64,000 nucleotides of DNA, from assembly GCA_017561665.1 (NCBI GenBank), contig JAFZBQ010000081.1, forward strand, positions 23,881-87,880. Direction: 5' to 3'. The position numbers were made by a program, and so were the translations under genes. Origin of the DNA: Bacteroidales bacterium (lineage in GTDB: Bacteria; Bacteroidota; Bacteroidia; Bacteroidales; UBA932). The notes under the pieces were generated by a model. It saw only the letters and a list, made by a program, of their open reading frames with translations. It made no database searches and had not been told where the DNA came from. This document shows, piece after piece, positions 40,386 through 49,242 of this stretch; within the stretch, counting starts at the first letter, position 1; each line of letters begins with the position of its first letter.

Positions 40386-40997
40386 ATGAATGTATTTGAA
40401 CCACAGTTTTACCCCTTCACTCTACCAAACGCCTTTCATTTGCTTATTGCAGGTAATTCAAGGCAAGAAGTAGATTACTTCATCAATCAGACTATCAAGT
40501 CTCTGCATCCAAATGAATCGAACAATGAGCCTTGCTCAACGACATTCCTTGACACGCGAGAGATGCCATTACCCATTATTAACGACAAACTTAATGCTGT
40601 AATAGAAGGTCTCGAGTTAAGATACAAACGGCAAAAGATGGAACATTTTTTAACGGTCATTATAAATGATTTTGCAGACATAGTGCCTGATCAGGCGACC
40701 TTTAAATCGATGGTAAAGATTGCAGAAAAAGGACGGCGTGTAGGCATACACTTGATTGCAGGCACCAGCCATATTAATGAAGATGTCATTACCGGCCAGA
40801 TCAAGGCTCTGTTTCCAACAAGGCTCGCACTTCACACATCAAACAGAAAACAATCCAAGTTGGTTTTAGACTGTGCCGGTGCAGAACTACTGGCCGATCA
40901 CGGAGAGTGTTTATTATTTCACATAGATACCGTTTCTCACTGTCTTTATGATGATCCTGATGCAGTCGGTTCAATTAATAACAATGAACATGAATAG
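40386..40997 (+). CDS. FtsK/SpoIIIE-like P-loop domain protein with degenerate Walker A and B motifs
   Basis: ORF 40308..40997 trimmed to ATG 40386. HLLIAGNSRQEVD sits where FtsK has HLLIAGATGSGKS. VIINDFADI replaces the Walker B pattern (hhhhDExxD). IAEKGRRVGIHLIAGTSHINEDVITGQIKALFPTRLALHTSNRKQSKLVLDCAGAELL parallels the FtsK motor core. Confidence 0.6.
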   Translation: MNVFEPQFYPFTLPNAFHLLIAGNSRQEVDYFINQTIKSLHPNESNNEPCSTTFLDTREMPLPIINDKLNAVIEGLELRYKRQKMEHFLTVIINDFADIVPDQATFKSMVKIAEKGRRVGIHLIAGTSHINEDVITGQIKALFPTRLALHTSNRKQSKLVLDCAGAELLADHGECLLFHIDTVSHCLYDDPDAVGSINNNEHE

Positions 40998-41187
40998 ACT
41001 TGAGGATAACAGAGTAATCCTTGATAAACTCGGTAAACTGATAGAAACATACCCGGATCAACGCTTCGGGCAGTTAATTGCTAACTATATATTTCCAAAA
41101 TACCGGGAGGAGGATATCTTTTGGGAAGAGTCTGAAGAAACTGCACAAAGGGTGACTTCTTTCAGCCAGAAAGAACAATCAGAATAA
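40984..41187 (+). CDS. Small hypothetical protein, start overlapping the FtsK-like stop
   Basis: About 67 aa (MNMNRLEDNRVILDKLGKLIETYPDQRFGQLIANYIF...). ATG 40984 (or 40990) overlaps stop 40995-40997, which suggests translational coupling. Confidence 0.5.
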   Translation: MNMNRLEDNRVILDKLGKLIETYPDQRFGQLIANYIFPKYREEDIFWEESEETAQRVTSFSQKEQSE

Positions 41188-41201
41188 TTAATCAATTTAA
41201 C

Positions 41202-41222
41202 CACTGCCATATTTTGGCAATT
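41202..41222. promoter_or_regulatory. Palindromic operator site 4 (CACTGCC-atatttt-GGCAATT)
   Basis: Ends 38 nt before the WYL ATG. Shares an identical 20-mer with site 1. Confidence 0.6.
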
Positions 41223-41260
41223 TTATTGATTATATTCGCGGTGAAATAACAGAAACGACT

Positions 41261-42169
41261 ATGGCGAAGAACTTTTTCAAACGTTACATTTGGCTTATTG
41301 ATCTGCTGTACAAGCGCGGGCACGCGACCTTTGAACAGATAAGCCGTGCGTGGGCGTTCAGCCACGTGAATGAGACCGGTGAAAGTAGTCTACCGCAACG
41401 CACATTCTTTAACCACATAGCGGCTATAGAGGATATCTTTGACATAGTCATTAAGTGCAACCGCACCTCCGGCGAATATTTCATTGCAAATACAGACGAC
41501 CTGGAGGGCGACGGCATCCGCAACTGGCTGCTGCAGTCCATATCGCTGAATAACCTGCTTGAAGAGAGTGCCGGGATGCGCGACCGAATCCTCTTCGAAA
41601 AGGTGCCGTCCAGCCAAGATTGGCTGACGGATATTATTGATGCTATGCGTGCCGACAGAGCAATCGAGTTGACCTATCAGAGTTTCCATCGCAACGAGCC
41701 ATCAACCTTCATTGCACATCCATACTGCCTCAAACTGTTCAAGCAGCGTTGGTATCTGCTGGCTCGAAGCGAAGAGTACAAACAGCCTAGAATCTATGCG
41801 CTGGACCGTATCCACAACATCCAGCCGAGCGAAATCAAATTGAAGTTACCCCGCAAGTTCGATGCGGAGAAGTTCTTCGACAACTACTTTGGAATAATTG
41901 CAGACACCGAAGTCTATGCACAAACAGTCAAAATTAAGGTTGATGAGGATCAGGTTGGATATTTCAATTCGCTGCCGCTCCATCATTCACAGAAGGAGAT
42001 TGAGACTACCGATGAGTACTCCATTTTCGAGTATAAACTTGCGCCGACATTTGATTTCGAGCAGGAAATCCTATCCCATGGACCATCGGTCGAGGTGTTG
42101 GAACCTGCCGGCTTACGCGATTGGGTCGCTTCCGATGCGACAAAAATGGCAAGCATTTACATTAAGTAG
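41261..42169 (+). CDS. HTH-WYL domain transcriptional regulator
   Basis: 302 aa. N-terminal wHTH-like segment (YIWLIDLLYKRGHATFEQISRAW). WYL-domain core AIELTYQSFHRNEPSTFIAHPYCLKLFKQRWYLLARSEEYKQPRIYALDRI. Confidence 0.8.
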   Translation: MAKNFFKRYIWLIDLLYKRGHATFEQISRAWAFSHVNETGESSLPQRTFFNHIAAIEDIFDIVIKCNRTSGEYFIANTDDLEGDGIRNWLLQSISLNNLLEESAGMRDRILFEKVPSSQDWLTDIIDAMRADRAIELTYQSFHRNEPSTFIAHPYCLKLFKQRWYLLARSEEYKQPRIYALDRIHNIQPSEIKLKLPRKFDAEKFFDNYFGIIADTEVYAQTVKIKVDEDQVGYFNSLPLHHSQKEIETTDEYSIFEYKLAPTFDFEQEILSHGPSVEVLEPAGLRDWVASDATKMASIYIK

Positions 42170-42172
42170 TCT

Positions 42173-42667
42173 ATGACCGACTTTGCCGCGATAGATTTCG
42201 AGACTGCGAACGAGTGCCCTTCAAGCGTGTGCAGCGTGGGTGTCGTGGTGGTGCGCGACGGCATCGTAACGGACAAATTCTACAGCCTGATACATCCTGA
42301 GCCGGAGTACTACAAGTGGTTTTGCCAGCAGGTCCACGGGCTCTGCCCGGAAGACACGGAAGATGCACCGGTTTTCCCCTATGTGTGGGAAAAGATTGAG
42401 CCGCTTATAGAGGGCCTGCCGCTGGTTGCACATAACGCCCGGTTCGACGAAGGGTGCCTCAAGTCGGTTTTCCGTGTATATCGGATGGATTATCCGGATT
42501 ATGTCTTCTACGATACGCTGACCGCTTCCCGCAGGCATTTCGGCCAGTGTCTTCCCAATCACCAGCTCCATACGGTGGCAGAAGCCTGCGGCTTCGACCT
42601 TAGGCATCATCACCACGCCCTGGCCGATGCCGAAGCTTGCGCGCACATCGCGTTGCAATTACTATAA
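42173..42667 (+). CDS. DEDDh 3'-5' exonuclease (DnaQ/epsilon-like)
   Basis: 164 aa. ExoI AIDFETAN, ExoII VAHNARFDEGCL, ExoIII HHALADAEA. Starts 3 nt after the WYL stop. GC looks core-like again. Confidence 0.85.
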   Translation: MTDFAAIDFETANECPSSVCSVGVVVVRDGIVTDKFYSLIHPEPEYYKWFCQQVHGLCPEDTEDAPVFPYVWEKIEPLIEGLPLVAHNARFDEGCLKSVFRVYRMDYPDYVFYDTLTASRRHFGQCLPNHQLHTVAEACGFDLRHHHHALADAEACAHIALQLL

Positions 42668-42744
42668 GGCATGATAATCTGTCGTTCCAAGAGAGTATAT
42701 TTGGAGAATAACAGACTCTTTATGATGTCAATTACACTATTCCT

Positions 42745-43932
42745 ATGAAGAAGCTTATCCTTTTATTATGTTGTTGCCTTGCCGCGGCTTGCTCCCCAAA
42801 CAAACAAGAAAAAGCCGTTCCTCATATACCCATTCTGGGATGGTATAGTATTCCTCCCGGCGAACACGCTACCCTTGAACATTATCGCGAGATGCGTGAG
42901 GCAGGATTCGACTTTTCTTTCGCACATATTTATAGCTACGAGGATGCCATACAGGCACTTGATCTTTGTGCCCAAGTGGGTATGAAATCAATTTTCATGT
43001 GCCCCGAGTTGAAGACAGCACCTGAAGAGACAGTCGACAAAGTAATGAATCATCCGGGATTGGGCGGCTATTTTCTCTGTGACGAGCCCGGCAACGATTC
43101 GCTGGATGCTATTGGCGAATGGGCTAGCCGCATCTATAGTGTTGATAGCATACATCCTTGTTATTTGAACTTATTGCCCGTACAGGCTTTCGGGCATGAC
43201 GCATATGTAGAGCACTTAGAGCTGTTTAATAAGAAAGTGAATCTTCCGCAATTATCCTTCGACAATTACCCGGTTCACATTGGTCCCGATCATTGTTTAC
43301 TCAGTCCTTATTGGTATGACAATTTGGAACTAATCAGTGCCGAATGCAGACGTACAGGTAAGCCCTTCTGGGCGTTTGCCTTAGCCACTGCCCATGGTCC
43401 TTACCCTATCCCCACTATCGACCATTTGCGATTGCAGATGTACAGCAACTTGGCATATGGTGCACAACTGCTTCAATACTTCACCTATTGGAATCCAGGT
43501 ACTGAGCAATGGGATTTTCATCAGGCGCCCATCACAATCGACGGCCATCGTTCCCCTGTTTATGAACTGGTACGTCAGATCAACGAAGAGATTCAGAAGC
43601 GTGCCTTCGTGTGGGATGGTTGCACCGTAAAGCGAGTCAGTCACATAGCCGAAACCGTCCCCGTTGGCACCCACCCCTTAACGCAACTCCCTTCACATTT
43701 TACCAAGATACAAAGCGAGAAAGGATGCGGATTGGTCTCTGAAATCAAAAACGGGGATCGTCACTTTGTAATGTTTGTCAACACCAGTCCTGCAGAAGAG
43801 TGGCGCGTGCAAATCCAAACCGACGACTGTGTGCAATTGGTGCGGCTCGACGGCACAAGCGTTCCTGCCCAAGCCTATGACCAGTTGTTTATTCTCAGTC
43901 CCGGCAACTGCGATATCTTTGAAGTGAAATAA
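42745..43932 (+). CDS. Lipoprotein, putative TIM-barrel glycoside hydrolase of unassigned family
   Basis: 395 aa with lipobox LAAAC. Has FLCDEPG and SFDNYP segments reminiscent of GH42-like barrels (weak, from memory). A TATATTTG box lies at 42696-42703. Confidence 0.5.
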   Translation: MKKLILLLCCCLAAACSPNKQEKAVPHIPILGWYSIPPGEHATLEHYREMREAGFDFSFAHIYSYEDAIQALDLCAQVGMKSIFMCPELKTAPEETVDKVMNHPGLGGYFLCDEPGNDSLDAIGEWASRIYSVDSIHPCYLNLLPVQAFGHDAYVEHLELFNKKVNLPQLSFDNYPVHIGPDHCLLSPYWYDNLELISAECRRTGKPFWAFALATAHGPYPIPTIDHLRLQMYSNLAYGAQLLQYFTYWNPGTEQWDFHQAPITIDGHRSPVYELVRQINEEIQKRAFVWDGCTVKRVSHIAETVPVGTHPLTQLPSHFTKIQSEKGCGLVSEIKNGDRHFVMFVNTSPAEEWRVQIQTDDCVQLVRLDGTSVPAQAYDQLFILSPGNCDIFEVK

Positions 43933-43934
43933 CT

Positions 43935-45938
43935 ATGAATATGCTTGTCCGAAGACCTTTACGCATTGGCATCCTTGTATTTATCGCATTGACAATGACT
44001 GTCAATGGATATGCTGCCGGACATAATCAGAGAGACACCTCTTTGTTTCGTATGATGATAAGATTATGGCCGGAGCATCATATGGATCCGGAACTCTCGC
44101 AGCAACTGATTGACGCATTGCTTCAATATGATTTCTGTGACGAAGTGTGGTTCTGCGGAAGTCTTCCCGCAACCAGATGTCTTGCATTTCACGATTCATC
44201 GGCTACCCAGATGGGTATTATGGCAGACCGTCTTCGCAGAATTGGCATCATCCCATCCCTTCAAGTAGTTGTGATTGGCCACGGCGACAGCGCAACTGTA
44301 TTTAGTCCAGATGGCTATCAAAAAGATTCCACCATCCATTGGGGAACAATGGTGGGGGCAAACGGAGAAAAGACTATGTCGGTCAACTGCCCACGGCAGG
44401 AGGCATATTTGGCCTTTATGGAAAAAGCATTCGTCCCATATGCAAAGGCTTGCCAACCATACAGCTTGTATCTGGATGATGATATGAGGATGTCGCAGCA
44501 TCCACCGGCAATGGAGGGATGCTTCTGCGAAACGTGCATCTCTCTTTTCAACAATGAATACGGATATGATTTTAACAGGGAGGCACTTGTTGAAGCATTG
44601 GACCGAAATGACGGAGAAGGAACTCTGCGACGCCAGTGGATTGCCTTTGGACAGGAAAGCCTGGCCAATTTGGCAAGAGTAATTGCCCGAAGTGTTCACA
44701 AAGTATCTCCGGGGACCAGGGTCGGGCTTCAACACAACTATTTCCATCACAATATGCTTGAGGGATGGGACTGGATTCCTATGCTGAAGGCGATGGAAGA
44801 AGAAACCGGTCTCGTTCCTCCTGTCCGGCCGGGAGAATTGTTCTACAGCGATGCGTCACCAAGAGGCATATTAAAAAAAGGTTTGGAGATAGCTCGTGAA
44901 ATACGGCGGCTGCCGGATGATGTCGTAGAAATCGCGCCTGAGGTTGAAGGATACTTGCACAAGGCGACCGGAAAGTCCGCACAAGGAGTCTGTCTGGAGA
45001 CACTTTATTACCTTGCAATGGGTGCGACACAGATGAGTTATGCCATTATTTGTTCAGCAGAAGAACCTATGGATTGGTACGCAAGCCATTATTTTAAGTC
45101 GCTTGCTGAGCTGAAACCCTTTGCCAAGGATTATGCCGACTTCAACTTGAATGCAATGCCGACCGGAATAGATCCTTATATGAGCCCCAACTTGTGCGTA
45201 CGAAATGTCCGGCCAGGAGAACGTCCATGGGCTTGGACATATACCAACGCTGGCAATACCGCTTTCGGGATTGCGCATCTGGGGCTTCCTTTCGCGCCAG
45301 AAGATCCTCACAGTCCTGTATTGATGGTCGATAACGAATGTGCCGCAGGTATGAACGATCAGGAGACTTCCGAACTGCTAACTCGGAAGAATATTGTTAC
45401 CGATGCGCATACATGGAGTCAATGGGCGCAGCGTGGTCTACTGGAAGGATATCTGGATGTTTCCCCGCAAATAATTGATGATGTAACGATAGATGGCGCA
45501 AGGCTACAGAGAGCGTGGAATCAAATCGCCCTGAAAATATCCGGAAGCGGAAGGAGAATTGCCGTAGTACCGTCGTTCAATTCCGACATTAACGGTGCCG
45601 AGCAGCTTGTACTGTCGCAGGTATTTGACTGGGCCTCCGGGAACACCCTTCAATCAGTTTTGGAAAGTGTTGCCCAAGTTGCAATAGTTCCACGGTCGGA
45701 CACACAGGGACGGCTTCGCTCCATATCGCTACTGTCTTGTTCTCTCGCAGAAGAGGAGCACTTGAAACTTCGCATACGCCCCCTCGGGACGTATGATGAT
45801 CACCTACCGAAGAAGTATGTATGGAAGCGACCGGGGAAACGCGACATCCGGCTCAAGGCCAAATTCGAAGGCACTGATGTCATTTTGGATATTCCCTCTC
45901 TGGGCGGGTGGGAATTCGGCTGGATTAAAATCAATTAA
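43935..45938 (+). CDS. Secreted hypothetical protein, possibly carbohydrate-active
   Basis: 667 aa with a signal-like N-terminus. Starts 2 nt after the previous gene. No family recognised. Confidence 0.55.
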   Translation: MNMLVRRPLRIGILVFIALTMTVNGYAAGHNQRDTSLFRMMIRLWPEHHMDPELSQQLIDALLQYDFCDEVWFCGSLPATRCLAFHDSSATQMGIMADRLRRIGIIPSLQVVVIGHGDSATVFSPDGYQKDSTIHWGTMVGANGEKTMSVNCPRQEAYLAFMEKAFVPYAKACQPYSLYLDDDMRMSQHPPAMEGCFCETCISLFNNEYGYDFNREALVEALDRNDGEGTLRRQWIAFGQESLANLARVIARSVHKVSPGTRVGLQHNYFHHNMLEGWDWIPMLKAMEEETGLVPPVRPGELFYSDASPRGILKKGLEIAREIRRLPDDVVEIAPEVEGYLHKATGKSAQGVCLETLYYLAMGATQMSYAIICSAEEPMDWYASHYFKSLAELKPFAKDYADFNLNAMPTGIDPYMSPNLCVRNVRPGERPWAWTYTNAGNTAFGIAHLGLPFAPEDPHSPVLMVDNECAAGMNDQETSELLTRKNIVTDAHTWSQWAQRGLLEGYLDVSPQIIDDVTIDGARLQRAWNQIALKISGSGRRIAVVPSFNSDINGAEQLVLSQVFDWASGNTLQSVLESVAQVAIVPRSDTQGRLRSISLLSCSLAEEEHLKLRIRPLGTYDDHLPKKYVWKRPGKRDIRLKAKFEGTDVILDIPSLGGWEFGWIKIN

Positions 45939-48900
45939 ACACGTCAATGGACACGGGGCCGAGAAGGCCTGAATCGTGTAATGGACTGCCGGCTTCAGGT
46001 CCGGCGATTGTCCAAGTCTTCCTGAGTGGTTCCGGTTGGGACGCATCGTAGGCCAGACGGTTGTACCAGGTGCTTGTCACATAAACGGTCAGGGTATTCT
46101 TTCCTTCGGTAATCAAATAGCTGATATCCATCCGGTAAGGGGGTGTCCAGCGGACGCCGGCACTCTTCCCGTTTACTATCACATCCGCAATCATTTCTAC
46201 GTTACCGAGATTCAATACCATTTCTTTCCCAATCAGATCTTTATTTACTTCAAAGCGAGTCTCGTAGGTAGCAGTCCCGGAGAAGGCTTTGCCCTCGTCT
46301 CCAAGGTCAAGATCCTTCCACGGCCTCAGGTCATCAAGAGTAATCGGACCACCAATAATTCCCCATCCTTCCGGGAAACTTACACGCCAGTCTTCCAGTT
46401 TGATGCTTGTCAGACGCCGTTTTTCTTCGAAAGCCCTTGTCCGAGAGGCCACAGGCCTGGAAGATCGTCCCCGGAAAACAACAAAACCGCTTTCTGCTCG
46501 TTCCAGATCAAGGGTGATTGTTTTCATTCGTCCCCATCCTTTGGTTCTAAGAGACTTGATGGTGCCATCTACGGGATTCCACCATTCTGCCCTGCCCTTA
46601 CCTTCCAGGCGGACCGGGCCGTGGAAACCACCACCAACCGGAGCGGCGAGGTAATACCAGCGCGCTCCGTCTATGGTTCTTTCTGACCAAAGGACACTGG
46701 CTCCATTATCCCAGAAATGCGGCTTGAGTCCTAATGCCTTCAAAGCATCGGCCAACTTCATTCCGACAACCAGATAACCCTTACCCACCTTGTTAACCCC
46801 CTCTACGGTTGCACCCCACAGGTCGGACACTGCACTTTCCAATAGTTTGTCAGCATCATCTTTCAAAGTTGCAGGAGATATAGGGGCGTTTGCTATGACT
46901 TTTGCTCCGTTTCGAACCAACTCTTCAATTTTCCTAACTGTCTCGGGCAGCATTCTCTCGTTTTCGGGAATCCATAGCACCTCATAAGAAACACCTTCCG
47001 GAGTGCAAATCTTCCCGTTTTCTACACCCAGTCTTCTGAGCAGTACATCCGGATTGCAGTAATCATATTTGAATCCGTCCGGGAAACGGATACTCCCACT
47101 CTGGCGACCGCCATTGCCCGTATGTTGGAAAGGTTTATGACCCACTTCATCACCAAGATACCACAATACATCTGAAACAGGCCGGCCTCTCTCCAGCAAA
47201 TAACTTGTCCTGGCGAGGTATTGCGTAAACCAGGGCATATATTTCCACCATGTCTGTCCCCTGAGGAATGGTGTGCCGATTGCACTGCCGAATGTGGTTC
47301 CGGGTGGGAGAAAGCCGATTTGGGGATTATGGGTGTATTCTGCGAACACATTATGAGTAACACCCTCCGACATATTGAGGTTCGCCACCTCTTTCAGAAC
47401 CTGCCAGTGCTCATCCCAAGAAAGATTGAAACTTGTAAAGCTTTCTGCCGCAACCCTTGGCTTTCCGTAGATGTGTGCAGCGGAAGCAGTAGGTTTTATG
47501 GGTTTGAAATCCAGATCACCGACATAACCCACCGCAATGGGCTGGAAGAATTCACACATAGGGACATCCGCGTATTGGAAGTATGCAAGGGGATCCATCG
47601 TAACGACATCCGCCCCTGCGGTTTCGTATTGTACTCCCAGACCCTTTTCGTGTGCGAGATCCGTCATCTTCTTGAAAAAGTTTTCGCGGTACAATACATC
47701 CACGAATCTTCTCCAGTCAATCAGGAACCTGCTCGTCTCTTCTTGGCTGTCAACAACATAACCTATGATTGCGGGCAGTCTGTCTTTCAAGGAATACCCG
47801 ACGGATGATTGAAACATCTCCTCCATATTCGACGTCCAGGTCTGGGTTCGGCATTCCCAGCTGTCCATCAACATCCCTTTTGCCTTTCCGTTTAAAGGGC
47901 CGTCCTGCAACCTGCCGACATAGTTAATGAACTGTATTTCTGCAGCCTCTGCATCAAACTTGTTGCATTCCCAGCCGGTAGCTTCTGGCGTCGTTGGTCC
48001 GTTTTTCCTGCCCGAGTTCACATGTCCGAATCTCAGTATCGTCCACTTCCCTTCAGGATAATTTCCTTCCGGGGCTGTCCAATCGAGCTTTCCGTTCGCA
48101 TCCATTTTGTCCGTGACGTCCAGAATCTCCCCGGAATTGATGAATGCCAAAGGGTTCTGACACGTATGCTCCTGACAGGGTTCTTTGGCGAGCAAAGTCC
48201 ATCCTGCCTCGCCCTGCCAACAATTTTTGTGAGCAGCTGACATAAATTCCACGAAGGACAGGATTCCTGGATGAGCATTAATCACAGTGAAGGTATAATA
48301 ATCGGCATTCTCGATCTCGTTGCACGCCAATTCAAAGTCAATCGGGACACCATCCTGCCAATTACTCATCGGTAAATCGGCGTCCGCCAGTATATGCTCC
48401 TTGTCTGCAACTGTAGCCGTGAGTTTGATACGTATTCCTGGGTCATAGCACCAGGCATCAGAAATGCTGTTGATAGGCGGAAGATGAATCGTTCGGATTA
48501 CTTCTCCCTCTTTAAGGGAAAACCTTACCACATTAGTAAAACCGGCGTTCAAGATGACGCCACCATTCGAACCCTCTATCATAGCCTTCCACTGGTCATC
48601 ACAGGCCTCCAGGACTGTTGGCTTAAGTCTTTCGCCCGTATCCCCAAGCGGTGTCGGAAAGGCCAGAACGCAAATGTCACGGTAGTCTCTCCACTCTTCG
48701 ACAGAAGGTTCTCCCCTGGGTATGGATATGTTTGGTTTATGTCCGCAATCGACATCCGTCCTGGACCATACCAGTTGTCTCATTGCTTTTTCCGGTTTGA
48801 TCCAAGGGCCGCCGGCCATCGACCAGCCAGGGCAAGTCTGGAGCGCAAAACGCAGGCCGAGGCTGTCTGCCTTTTGCCCGAGGTATCCGACGATATCTTC

Positions 48901-49236
48901 CCATTCAGGAGACAATGCCCTTATCTGCCGTTCTGTCGCAGGCCAGACACCTCCATCTCCATGGAACCATTGAATACCGGAAAAGCCTGCATAGGAAATG
49001 GCTTTCAAGTCGGCATCGATTCCCTCTTTTGATATATTACCGCCGATAAAATAGAACCATATCTCAGGGGAAAAGACCTTATCCGGCTCCCTGAACGAAT
49101 CCTCGTCATCTGGAGAAAATGGGCGTGTAAGTGTTTCTATATCAGGAGCAATTGACACAATTTGGGTTTGTGCTCCGACCTGCAATGAAAACACTACCAG
49201 AAATGATGACAGAATTATTTGCAGAAACCGCTTCAT
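45931..49236 (-). CDS. GH106-like glycoside hydrolase (putative alpha-L-rhamnosidase)
   Basis: 1101 aa with a signal peptide. The N-terminal block PEIWFYFIGGNISKEGIDADLKAISYAGFSGIQWF and the C-terminal jelly-roll (FSGTATYETRFEV...NLGNVEMIADVIVNGKSAG) match my memory of GH106 proteins. Confidence 0.6.
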   Translation of the reverse strand: MKRFLQIILSSFLVVFSLQVGAQTQIVSIAPDIETLTRPFSPDDEDSFREPDKVFSPEIWFYFIGGNISKEGIDADLKAISYAGFSGIQWFHGDGGVWPATERQIRALSPEWEDIVGYLGQKADSLGLRFALQTCPGWSMAGGPWIKPEKAMRQLVWSRTDVDCGHKPNISIPRGEPSVEEWRDYRDICVLAFPTPLGDTGERLKPTVLEACDDQWKAMIEGSNGGVILNAGFTNVVRFSLKEGEVIRTIHLPPINSISDAWCYDPGIRIKLTATVADKEHILADADLPMSNWQDGVPIDFELACNEIENADYYTFTVINAHPGILSFVEFMSAAHKNCWQGEAGWTLLAKEPCQEHTCQNPLAFINSGEILDVTDKMDANGKLDWTAPEGNYPEGKWTILRFGHVNSGRKNGPTTPEATGWECNKFDAEAAEIQFINYVGRLQDGPLNGKAKGMLMDSWECRTQTWTSNMEEMFQSSVGYSLKDRLPAIIGYVVDSQEETSRFLIDWRRFVDVLYRENFFKKMTDLAHEKGLGVQYETAGADVVTMDPLAYFQYADVPMCEFFQPIAVGYVGDLDFKPIKPTASAAHIYGKPRVAAESFTSFNLSWDEHWQVLKEVANLNMSEGVTHNVFAEYTHNPQIGFLPPGTTFGSAIGTPFLRGQTWWKYMPWFTQYLARTSYLLERGRPVSDVLWYLGDEVGHKPFQHTGNGGRQSGSIRFPDGFKYDYCNPDVLLRRLGVENGKICTPEGVSYEVLWIPENERMLPETVRKIEELVRNGAKVIANAPISPATLKDDADKLLESAVSDLWGATVEGVNKVGKGYLVVGMKLADALKALGLKPHFWDNGASVLWSERTIDGARWYYLAAPVGGGFHGPVRLEGKGRAEWWNPVDGTIKSLRTKGWGRMKTITLDLERAESGFVVFRGRSSRPVASRTRAFEEKRRLTSIKLEDWRVSFPEGWGIIGGPITLDDLRPWKDLDLGDEGKAFSGTATYETRFEVNKDLIGKEMVLNLGNVEMIADVIVNGKSAGVRWTPPYRMDISYLITEGKNTLTVYVTSTWYNRLAYDASQPEPLRKTWTIAGPEAGSPLHDSGLLGPVSIDVFN

Positions 49237-49242
49237 TATCGA

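Noticed and set aside
28440-42170. Looked for a CRISPR array, integrase/transposase, reverse transcriptase (retron/DGR), restriction-modification genes and att-type direct repeats at the island borders
   Set aside because: None seen. There is no regularly spaced repeat array, and no ORF with tyrosine or serine recombinase, DDE, RT or methyltransferase motifs. The P1/P2 paralogs are too diverged (~40% protein identity) and lack adenine-specific mismatch patterns, so they do not fit DGR template/variable repeats.
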